From: a virus | Virus record (IMG/VR): IMGVR_UViG_3300022554_000033 | Direction: 5' to 3' (one strand) | DNA: 30,377 nucleotides | Shown here: piece by piece, positions 23,009-29,571 of the stretch | Position numbering within the stretch: position 1 is the first letter of the stretch | Layout of the letters: every line of letters starts with the position of its first letter | The notes under the pieces: generated by a model | The model's database searches: none | What the model was told of the DNA's origin: nothing | What the model saw: the letters and a program-made list of their open reading frames with translations, nothing else | Translations under genes and position numbers: made by a program

Positions 23009-23299
23009 TCACGGAAACACCACCTGCGCCTGTCCTACAATCAACGCCCAAATCAACGCAATCACCGAAACCCCCAACAAACTTGCCACTGCCATCATCG
23101 CTTTAATGAAGGGCGCAAAAGTCTCAAGTGTTCTCAGGCGGTCTTCATGATCTTTGGCAACCCGCTCAAGCTCAGTAAGCTGTTTGGCTGATAGAGGCAC
23201 GTTTATTAATACAACCTCAACCTTGCTTCTGAGCTCTTTTAGGTCAGTTTTGATCTCTGCGATATCCCCCCGCAGCTCAGTGTAATCGTCGTGAGGCAT
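23009..23299 (-). CDS. XhlA-like lysis-associated membrane protein (coiled coil plus C-terminal TM), 96 aa
   Basis: MPHDDYTELRGDIAEIKTDLKELRSKVE... coiled coil, then the TM segment AMMAVASLLGVSVIALIWALIV. It sits between the holin and endolysin genes. The track start at 23422 overlaps the holin. Confidence 0.5.
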   Translation of the reverse strand: MPHDDYTELRGDIAEIKTDLKELRSKVEVVLINVPLSAKQLTELERVAKDHEDRLRTLETFAPFIKAMMAVASLLGVSVIALIWALIVGQAQVVFP

Positions 23300-23306
23300 G
23301 GTAAAG

Positions 23307-23588
23307 TCAGCCACTAGCCGGCGCACGCTTGCTGATAAACTTGTAATACCCGCTGGCTGCCAGACCAAACGCCGCCGAGGTGAACAGGATCTCCACCGCC
23401 TGCCCATAGGGTTGTGGCACAATGCCGATGAGTTGGTATGCGGTCAGAATAACCGCTCCCAACACCGCCGCCAGCATAGTCACCCGCTTCCCTGACCAGC
23501 CCAGCAGCCCCTTCAAAAACTCCACCAGCCCAAACACCAGGGCAATCAACTGTACCCCGCCAACCACATATGCTTCTGGATCGAACAT
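23307..23588 (-). CDS. Holin (three predicted TM segments), 93 aa
   Basis: The hydrophobic segments are VVGGVQLIALVFGLVEFL, VTMLAAVLGAVILTAYQLIG and ILFTSAAFGLAASGYY, with a charged C-terminus. SD AAGGAGAA is present. It is the first gene of the lysis cassette. Confidence 0.7.
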   Translation of the reverse strand: MFDPEAYVVGGVQLIALVFGLVEFLKGLLGWSGKRVTMLAAVLGAVILTAYQLIGIVPQPYGQAVEILFTSAAFGLAASGYYKFISKRAPASG

Positions 23589-23599
23589 AACTTCTCCTT

Positions 23600-23633
23600 A
23601 AACGCAAAACACCCGATGCAAAAATACATCGGG
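23600..23633 (-). terminator. Intrinsic terminator in the leader of the late operon
   Basis: The minus-strand RNA forms a stem CCCGAUGUA / UGCAUCGGG (9 bp including one G-U) with a UUUU loop, followed by UGUUUUGCGUUU. The mismatch on the plus strand argues for minus-strand function. Confidence 0.7.
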
Positions 23634-23692
23634 CGCACCCTAGCCGAAATCAATTGGATTGACCCCACACCTGTCAATCAGCGCTTAAAATG

Positions 23693-23719
23693 ATTATATC
23701 ATAAAATTTCAAATTTCAA
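23693..23719 (-). promoter_or_regulatory. Candidate late promoter with extended -10 (TGATATAAT) and TTGAAA -35-like element
   Basis: The minus strand reads TTGAAA-tttgaaattttatga-TATAAT, with a 15-nt spacer and a TG at the extended -10 position. It starts right after the stop of gene 23728..23988. Confidence 0.55.
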
Positions 23720-23727
23720 TTCCCTTT

Positions 23728-23988
23728 TTAGGGAAGGGTCGGGGATAGGTTGTTCCCCCGCCTCACCCTCTCAATCAGATCATCAATTGCCTCTTGCCCC
23801 GCGTGCCACAACAGCACCCCCCCGCAGGCGCACCACACCTCCATATCCATCGCGCTCTCCACCATCAGCCCCCCCATCTCTACGCGTAGCACCCGTATAC
23901 CGTTCTTACGGAACACGCGCCCCACCACCTGCTTGCACTCCGGGCAGCGTATTGGCTTGCCGTTCTCCATAGTAGTATCATCCGTCAT
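23728..23988 (-). CDS. Zinc-ribbon-like small protein, 86 aa
   Basis: A CPEC...CACG cysteine pair-of-pairs. It is the last ORF before the late promoter/terminator. Confidence 0.65.
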   Translation of the reverse strand: MTDDTTMENGKPIRCPECKQVVGRVFRKNGIRVLRVEMGGLMVESAMDMEVWCACGGVLLWHAGQEAIDDLIERVRRGNNLSPTLP

Positions 23989-24112
23989 TCATCCTCTCTT
24001 TCATCTTTAGGGAGAGGGCAGGATGGGGATTAACCTCGCCACCGCCAGCGCCCCCGTCGCCCCCACCTGCATCAGCTTCTCTTTCTTTCTGTACTGTATA
24101 TTCAGTAATCAT
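23978..24112 (-). CDS. Micro-ORF, 44 aa, Gly-rich centre
   Basis: Translation is MITEYTVQKEREADAGGGDGGAGGGEVNPHPALSLKMKERMNDG. The start overlaps the upstream stop (GGAGAATGA) and the end overlaps the next start by 11 nt. It is below the ORF-track cutoff. Confidence 0.3.
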   Translation of the reverse strand: MITEYTVQKEREADAGGGDGGAGGGEVNPHPALSLKMKERMNDG

Positions 24113-24339
24113 TCTCCACTCAAATATTCTTTTATCCATTCATTATCAGCCCAGGTAACAGCCGCTTTATCCATAATCAACTTCAGGAACGCCAGGATAT
24201 GCTCTGGGGATGTAAAGCGTATCCCAATACTTTGATTGTCTCCAATCCAGAATATAATTGTCACATGGTCCTCATAGGCATATGCCTCAGGTGCAACATA
24301 CACAACTTCCGGCAATCGCGGGCGTCTATTCCTGGACAT
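24109..24339 (-). CDS. Hypothetical protein, 76 aa
   Basis: The internal ATG at 24339 (MSRNRRPRLPE) has GGAG 6 nt upstream. This reduces the overlap with the upstream gene from 101 nt to 14 nt. Confidence 0.6.
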   Translation of the reverse strand: MSRNRRPRLPEVVYVAPEAYAYEDHVTIIFWIGDNQSIGIRFTSPEHILAFLKLIMDKAAVTWADNEWIKEYLSGE

Positions 24340-24583
24340 TATGCACTCCAAATATCTGTCTTGTTCCTTCAATCGCCACAGGTGGCTGTGTGTATCCACT
24401 ATGTACCCATAGCCATACTTTGCCATAAAACAACATGGACAGTCGCTCTCTCAGGGTTGGTCGCCAGCACGACACACACATTAATCCATCTGTATAGACT
24501 GGCAATGTTCCACATTGTTCATCCGTCCACCCGGCAGGTTTGACAAGGTCTTTATTTGCTTCTGGAAATTTTATCGGTTTCAT
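24326..24583 (-). CDS. Conserved-looking phage hypothetical protein, 85 aa
   Basis: MKPIKFPEANKDL...LPVYTDG..CVSCW.PTLRERLSMLFYGKVWLWV...QPPV resembles a recurrent small phage protein family of unknown function (recalled from memory, not searched). SD AAGGATGG is present. Confidence 0.65.
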   Translation of the reverse strand: MKPIKFPEANKDLVKPAGWTDEQCGTLPVYTDGLMCVSCWRPTLRERLSMLFYGKVWLWVHSGYTQPPVAIEGTRQIFGVHNVQE

Positions 24584-24603
24584 AATCCATCCTTTTTATC
24601 CTT

Positions 24604-24641
24604 GCCCGTCTCCGGTGGCTTCCCGTTCACCGGAGATGGGC
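24604..24641 (-). other. Long stem-loop GCCC-gt-CTCCGGTG ... CACCGGAG-at-GGGC in a 176-bp noncoding gap
   Basis: 8-bp perfect inner stem plus 4-bp outer stem, with a 10-nt loop. No U-run on either strand. Confidence 0.4.
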
Positions 24642-24759
24642 AAGCTGACCAGATTGCCGCAATCGCCTATTACACACCTCCCGATGACCATGGAACCGCG
24701 GCGTATCCCACGTCATCGTTTTGGGCTGGGGCGCGACCTGCGAATTCACACACATATCA

Positions 24760-25641
24760 TCAACATTTTATTTGCTCTCGTAAGATCGCAATTGCATCAT
24801 CGTTAGACATACTGTGCAATCTGGCAAATAAATTGATCACATCCAGCGGCTTGGGCGTGCAGCCGGCAAAACAACCGCAAATCTGGCGCTGAGTGTCGAT
24901 CCAAAAACTGGGATGCCTGTCATCATGCAACGGACACGTTGTCAATAGCCAGTGGTCACCAGTGGCAATCGTATTGCCAAAAAAGCTCTCGATTGATAAA
25001 CTTGCCCGGATCTTGTCGATAACACCAGTACCGGGCGGAGCGCTGCGCGGCAACATAGCCAGGAGCCACGGGTCATCAACAGACCGGGCAACAACCGGGT
25101 TAACAACTCCCGCCGGCAAATCCTGATCTGCCAGCACAGCCGCCGGCAACACATCGGAAAGATTAGCGACCAAAGGGAAGTTAAAATGCTCAGTAAGGGG
25201 GGTATAGACAGCCCCGCTCGGGTGGATCGACCCTGCGCCGATCACATAACCCCCGCGGCACTTGATATCAATCTTACCGACGCGCCGGGTACGCTCGGGC
25301 TTGGGAAGACGAATATAAACATGTACACCCCGGGAAGTTACCACTTTATAAGCCATCCAGCTGACCCACTCCGGCGGTCCGGGTTGGCTTCTTGCCCACA
25401 ACAACCATTTAGAGTAATCACTCATATCGTCAAAATCTAAGACGGTTAATCCTTGCCAACCGGTTATAATCCCTATATTGCGTGGCTTCGCGAACCACCA
25501 CCGCAATTCTTGCTCAGTAGGGAGTTGGGATTGATATTGCTGCCATCGCAAGAGCGGTCGCTTGTCACGGTATTTCACCGGGATTACTGCGATCCCCCGG
25601 TGAAGAAAGCTTAGTGCAAGGTTTATTGCGGAATTGGTCAT
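24760..25641 (-). CDS. Bifunctional primase-polymerase (Prim-Pol, AEP) with C-terminal CHC2-type zinc finger
   Basis: GIAVIPVKYRDKRPLL.W...NIGIITG..GLTVLDFDD...RGVHVYI...GGYVIGAGSIHPSG fit the Prim-Pol N-terminal domain. CPLHDDRHPSFWIDTQRQICGCFAGC fits a primase zinc finger. Confidence 0.85.
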   Translation of the reverse strand: MTNSAINLALSFLHRGIAVIPVKYRDKRPLLRWQQYQSQLPTEQELRWWFAKPRNIGIITGWQGLTVLDFDDMSDYSKWLLWARSQPGPPEWVSWMAYKVVTSRGVHVYIRLPKPERTRRVGKIDIKCRGGYVIGAGSIHPSGAVYTPLTEHFNFPLVANLSDVLPAAVLADQDLPAGVVNPVVARSVDDPWLLAMLPRSAPPGTGVIDKIRASLSIESFFGNTIATGDHWLLTTCPLHDDRHPSFWIDTQRQICGCFAGCTPKPLDVINLFARLHSMSNDDAIAILREQIKC

Positions 25642-25659
25642 TGTTGTTCTCTAATATTG

Positions 25660-25754
25660 GTTACAGATGTTACATGTAACATCTATTAAATTACTTTTAC
25701 TGGTAAACTTAATTTAATAGCAGTTACGCGTAACATCTGTAACATCTGTAACAC
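25660..25754. repeat. Palindrome/iteron block: candidate replication origin
   Basis: The block contains a 20-bp perfect palindrome AGATGTTACATGTAACATCT (25665..25684). It has the inverted repeat ATTAAATTA-N16-TAATTTAAT (25685..25718) and the 12-bp palindrome GTTACGCGTAAC (25723..25734). It also has the 9-bp tandem repeat GTAACATCT x2 plus a partial third copy (25730..25754). There are eight GTTAC/GTAAC pentamers in 95 bp. Confidence 0.6.
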
Positions 25755-27212
25755 TCATGGCCCTTTCAATCGTATTCCTGCATAGCCGCGCAGCAAATTC
25801 CTTCCGGTTCTAGCAACAAACGGCTTCCCCAGTCCCAACTTAGTCAGCGCTGCTGCCAATTTGCGCGTATCCAGGTCGAATCCGGTTAGCCCAGCGTTTT
25901 TCAGCTCCGCCAAAATATCGAGCGTCGCCATCCACCACTGGTTATTGCCGGGGTCGATCTCAAATAAACGCTTGATAGTTTCCTCCACCACGTCTACAAT
26001 CTGATATTGTTGGTTGATTTCCTCCGCCTGGTCCCACTCGTGGGGTGTCAGCTCCCAGGGCTCGCCGCTTAAATACAGATCGAACGCTTGCGCCCAAACT
26101 TGGTCAACATCTATCCGAGTGTAAGACCAGTCGATATTCTCCAGGTGCACCACCATGAAACGCCGGTTGCCAGTTGGATCGGATAGTAAACCCCCCTCGT
26201 TGTTCGCCGTGCCGATGAAGCTAGTGATCACCTGCCCGATCAGATCAAATTTCGCGTACGGCTTTCGGTCTCTCACGGTCTGTGTGGTCAAAAACGCTTT
26301 CAGCGCTTCCCGGTCTGCCCGCCGGGTTGTAGAGCCAAACTCGTTCACTTCCCAGATCCACGTCCATAGGCGTCTTAATCTACAATCCTTGTCATCTGGC
26401 GTGATTGCTCCCTCATGGTAGTACTCCGGCATCGGGCTCGCCAGCCACTTCACAAAATGGCTCTTGCCGATGCGCTGCCTGCCATCCAGAACTAATACTC
26501 TATTTTGTTCACCCGCCATCACCCGCGCTACCGCCCCCACCAGCCAGCGCCGCATCCAGGTTGCAAAGACGTTGTGCTCATCCCAAAAACAAGCGCATAA
26601 ATTCCCGATTGGGTCGCCACCGTTAAATTTCAAGCCTGTCAAATAGTCCCGAATCGGATGATAACGGTGCAACCAAGCGGCGCCGGTGTAGGCGTCCTCC
26701 GCCACACCTACTTCCCACACCCCCACGTCGCGCAATTTGCCTCGGATGATCTTTGCCAGACCATCACTCACCGGCACGCCGTTTGCCTCGATCTCGTGGG
26801 TGCATAAGTTGTATTTGAATTCATATCCTAATGACTTCAGCACCTGCATATACTGAGCAGTCTTGCGTTTCTTTCCCGGGCTGGCGGTTTGCAGCCATTG
26901 CCGCAATTCAGCTGCCCGGGTGGTAATTGCCCCCAGCACAGCTGCCTGCGCCGCCGGCGGCAGGTTCTCGATGCTGAGAGCGATAGCATCTTGCACGTTG
27001 CCGCCAATTTGGATAATCTGCTCGTGCATGCTCCGCCATGGTTCTGCCCTCGGCGGCAACAAATTTGGCGGCTCGCCGCTCGCCAGGCAACGTGCAATTT
27101 GCTCCAGCCCATCGATAAATTCCTGCTCTGGCTCATTGGCGTAATATTGTTCCAGGATCTGGGCGTCGCCCGTATTAATCCCGGCATTGAGCAGGGTGCG
27201 TAAGTTCGCCAT
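25755..27212 (-). CDS. VirE-family / D5-like SF3 replicative helicase
   Basis: VLVLDGRQRIGKSHFVKWL (Walker A), WIWEVNEF (Walker B-like) and RKPYAKF...FIGTANNEGGLLSDPTGNRRF match the VirE (PF05272-like) pattern. Confidence 0.88.
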   Translation of the reverse strand: MANLRTLLNAGINTGDAQILEQYYANEPEQEFIDGLEQIARCLASGEPPNLLPPRAEPWRSMHEQIIQIGGNVQDAIALSIENLPPAAQAAVLGAITTRAAELRQWLQTASPGKKRKTAQYMQVLKSLGYEFKYNLCTHEIEANGVPVSDGLAKIIRGKLRDVGVWEVGVAEDAYTGAAWLHRYHPIRDYLTGLKFNGGDPIGNLCACFWDEHNVFATWMRRWLVGAVARVMAGEQNRVLVLDGRQRIGKSHFVKWLASPMPEYYHEGAITPDDKDCRLRRLWTWIWEVNEFGSTTRRADREALKAFLTTQTVRDRKPYAKFDLIGQVITSFIGTANNEGGLLSDPTGNRRFMVVHLENIDWSYTRIDVDQVWAQAFDLYLSGEPWELTPHEWDQAEEINQQYQIVDVVEETIKRLFEIDPGNNQWWMATLDILAELKNAGLTGFDLDTRKLAAALTKLGLGKPFVARTGRNLLRGYAGIRLKGP

Positions 27213-27219
27213 TTAGAGT

Positions 27220-27780
27220 TTATGCGTTCAGTAAAAGCTGCTTGGCTTTATCCAGTAGATTTGTTGCCCGATCTGCCGTCACAATCGCCCCGCCGGCTGC
27301 TTTTGCCAGCCGGGCCAGGAATTCGCGGCCGTGGGGTCTATCTTCCGGACCGACAAAAATCACATGAATCGTATTTTTGTATTGAACAGCGATCCCTAAC
27401 GCATCCGACTCGCTATTTGGCTCGCCATCGGAGATGACAATGAATTTCATCCCTGGCACGTCGGCGATCTTGGCAAATCTAAGCGCCCCGGCTAAATCAG
27501 TACCGCCGCCTAAGTATTGCGGTTTTCCGTTTGGGCAGAAGATGGTTGTATCTGAGAAGGCTAAAACCGCAATTTTCCCTGGCATGTTCTGTTGTAAGCT
27601 CGCTAGCTCCTCGCACGCCACACTATAGCGGGAACGCCCGTTGCGGGAATCTTCTGCCGCCATGCTGCCGCTCGTGTCAACGATGACGATTACATCGCAG
27701 GACAGGAATGTTTCCGCGATGCTCTTGCCCGTGTTTTGGGCAATTGATCCAAGTGATCCGGGGATGATTGCATTGTTCAT
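27220..27780 (-). CDS. von Willebrand factor A (vWA) domain protein with complete MIDAS, 186 aa
   Basis: VIVIVDTSGSM (D-x-S-x-S), GGGTDL (Thr) and VISDGEP (Asp). The ATG at 27780 overlaps the upstream stop (ATGA). The 71-aa N-terminal extension in the track is Arg/Ser-rich junk overlapping the previous gene. Confidence 0.85.
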   Translation of the reverse strand: MNNAIIPGSLGSIAQNTGKSIAETFLSCDVIVIVDTSGSMAAEDSRNGRSRYSVACEELASLQQNMPGKIAVLAFSDTTIFCPNGKPQYLGGGTDLAGALRFAKIADVPGMKFIVISDGEPNSESDALGIAVQYKNTIHVIFVGPEDRPHGREFLARLAKAAGGAIVTADRATNLLDKAKQLLLNA

Positions 27781-27968
27781 CGCACACAGTATTCCTTCCT
27801 CGCGCCGCAATACACGCACACGTACACTTCCCATCGTCCGTACTCGATCAACTGGTGGGCTGTACTCTTGCCGCACCGGTCGCAATACATCCGGTAGTAG
27901 TCGATCTTGCGCTTCCTGGCTACTGCTTGTCTCACCATTTCGATGAATTGCACGCTTTCTTTGCTCAT
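27777..27968 (-). CDS. Zinc-ribbon protein, 63 aa
   Basis: CDRC-x17-CVYC. There are ATGA overlaps at both ends (27965..27968 and 27777..27780). Confidence 0.65.
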   Translation of the reverse strand: MSKESVQFIEMVRQAVARKRKIDYYRMYCDRCGKSTAHQLIEYGRWEVYVCVYCGARKEYCVR

Positions 27969-28813
27969 ACCCATCTCTCCGTAAATGTGTCATTGCCTGG
28001 CTGCCAGCTTGTTACTAAGACCTGTCCCCGGCTATTAACGATATCCTCCCACGCCAGGATTTTTTGTGTGATAAAACGTCCTACCTGGTCAATTCCCTCC
28101 GCCATGATATACCCACAACGCAATGGCGAGCGATACCCGCCAGGAGTCAAGTCCATTGTTTGCCAATCAACTTTCCTCTTCATCGTGGCTTCCAGCGCCA
28201 ACCCGGCATCGTAACGGGCGCGCTTGTCTGCGTTGCTCAGGATCTCGTAGGCTTCTTGGATACGCATAAAGATCTCGACTGCGTTCTTTTCCTTGCAATA
28301 GTCGGGGTGCCATTGCTTCGCCATCCGGCGATAAGCGCGTTTGATCCCCTCGTCGTCGGCGTTCTGCGATGCGCATAACACCCCATATAACGATTGCGCC
28401 GGAGGTCTTTCGTTTTCTTGCACAACGCCATCGAACCACGATCGTAGCACTAGCTCCGGAAAGACAACTGACCATTCGCCGTTGCAATATCCGTAGGCGC
28501 TCCACCCGTCATCTCGCCATTTAGTAATGCCAATATAGCGCACGTCCAGTACACGAGTGTCAACAACTGGGGTTGTCACAATTTGCGGCGCTAATATGGC
28601 AACCCCGATATACTCAGCCACCCAGTTTGTCAGCGTCTGCCCATGCCGGGGATGCACCAGCCATCGCTTGCCATTCGGATCCCAGCGTCGTTCGGCTTGC
28701 GGCAGCGCTTTGATTTTCGCCGTCAAGCTTGGCTCATAGCTGCATGTCAGCGCCAGGGTGCCATTTTCGATAGTCAGCCGCGCGAATGGCGTGTGCTTGC
28801 TGTACCTAGTCAT
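27965..28813 (-). CDS. J-domain (DnaJ-like) protein with N-terminal HARP-like motif, 282 aa
   Basis: Residues 141-202, SLYGVLCASQNADDEGIKRAYRRMAKQWHPDYCKEKNAVEIFMRIQEAYEILSNADKRARYD, form a canonical J domain with HPD. The N-terminal SYEPSLTAKIKALPQAERRWDPNGKRWLV resembles the SMARCAL1-type HARP motif. The ATG at 28813 has SD AGAGGTAAG. Confidence 0.85.
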   Translation of the reverse strand: MTRYSKHTPFARLTIENGTLALTCSYEPSLTAKIKALPQAERRWDPNGKRWLVHPRHGQTLTNWVAEYIGVAILAPQIVTTPVVDTRVLDVRYIGITKWRDDGWSAYGYCNGEWSVVFPELVLRSWFDGVVQENERPPAQSLYGVLCASQNADDEGIKRAYRRMAKQWHPDYCKEKNAVEIFMRIQEAYEILSNADKRARYDAGLALEATMKRKVDWQTMDLTPGGYRSPLRCGYIMAEGIDQVGRFITQKILAWEDIVNSRGQVLVTSWQPGNDTFTERWV

Positions 28814-29570
28814 ACTTACCTCTACACTGCCCCCAAAAATCACAATAAGCTGGGCTGCACTTCCAGGTTGTGGGATTCTCAGGATAGACATTTCTGGATA
28901 TCGCTTCCCACACATGCCGGATCATCCCGAACAGCCACATCACCTGTCCTGGTGTATGCTTATGCTCGAATATGTCTATCTTGGGCTGTTTTGTCTTCAC
29001 AATCACATAATGCCTGAAAGTCCATTCGTGATTATGCTCACCTAACTGGTTTAGCGCGGCTAAGTAAAATAGCGGCTGCGTTTCGCCGGTCGCTCGGTCA
29101 GCAGACCACGACTTGGCGGATGTTTTGAAGTCCCCCGGCACACCCGCTAGGTCAATCATGTCAATATACCCAATCACCGGCACAGGCACCCCCGGCACGC
29201 GCAGCTCTACTTTGCGCTCGATCTCAGTTGCTTGTAATTCACTTAGGGCATCGCAGATCGCCCTGTCGCTCAGTATGCGAACGCCCTCGTTGAAATGTTG
29301 TTCCGGGGTGTCTGTGCCCCACACTATCTGCTCGCCCTCTAGAGCCTGGTTCCAGGCTCTTCCCCAAATACTGAGCAAATCCTCCTGAGTCATAATATTC
29401 TCTTCGATGGTCTGGTGCATTGCCTTGCCGAAAATCAGGTCGGGCGTTGAATAGGTCGGGATTTTTTCCACATACTTAAAGCGCCAGCTCGCTGGGCATG
29501 TCAGATAAGTTGTTATGCTCGAGTAAGACAAATGCTCGATCAGTGATATGTTTGATTGAGTGGCGCTCAT
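28806..29570 (-). CDS. Cas4-like / RecB-family PD-(D/E)xK exonuclease
   Basis: LSYSSITTYLTCPASWRFKYV (N-terminal Cys), GYIDMID...GDFKTSAK (D...D/E-x-K) and C-terminal CSPAYCDFWGQC (three Cys) fit a Cas4-type Fe-S nuclease layout. Confidence 0.85.
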   Translation of the reverse strand: MSATQSNISLIEHLSYSSITTYLTCPASWRFKYVEKIPTYSTPDLIFGKAMHQTIEENIMTQEDLLSIWGRAWNQALEGEQIVWGTDTPEQHFNEGVRILSDRAICDALSELQATEIERKVELRVPGVPVPVIGYIDMIDLAGVPGDFKTSAKSWSADRATGETQPLFYLAALNQLGEHNHEWTFRHYVIVKTKQPKIDIFEHKHTPGQVMWLFGMIRHVWEAISRNVYPENPTTWKCSPAYCDFWGQCRGKYD

Positions 29571-29571
29571 A

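Noticed and set aside
23314-23607. Alternative-frame ORF (97 aa) overlapping the holin gene
   Set aside because: Its translation is Gly/Arg/Trp-rich with no TM segments or SD. The holin frame has three clean TM segments and a strong SD.
24326-24426. 101-nt overlap between ORFs 24326..24583 and 24109..24426, considered as an overprinted gene pair
   Set aside because: An internal ATG at 24339 with a GGAG SD reduces the overlap to 14 nt, and the overlapping N-terminal 29 aa have no SD. This is ordinary start-site ambiguity.
25730-25754. Short tandem repeats, considered as a possible CRISPR array
   Set aside because: The repeat unit is only 9 bp with no spacers and no cas genes. It fits iterons, not CRISPR.
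27781-27993. N-terminal extensions of track ORFs: vWA to 27993, J protein to 28915, XhlA-like to 23422, portal to 19954, terL to 21425, repressor from 3083
   Set aside because: The extensions overlap the preceding genes by 70-200 nt and have junk-like composition. In each case an internal ATG has an SD or an ATGA-type coupling, so the shorter starts were used.
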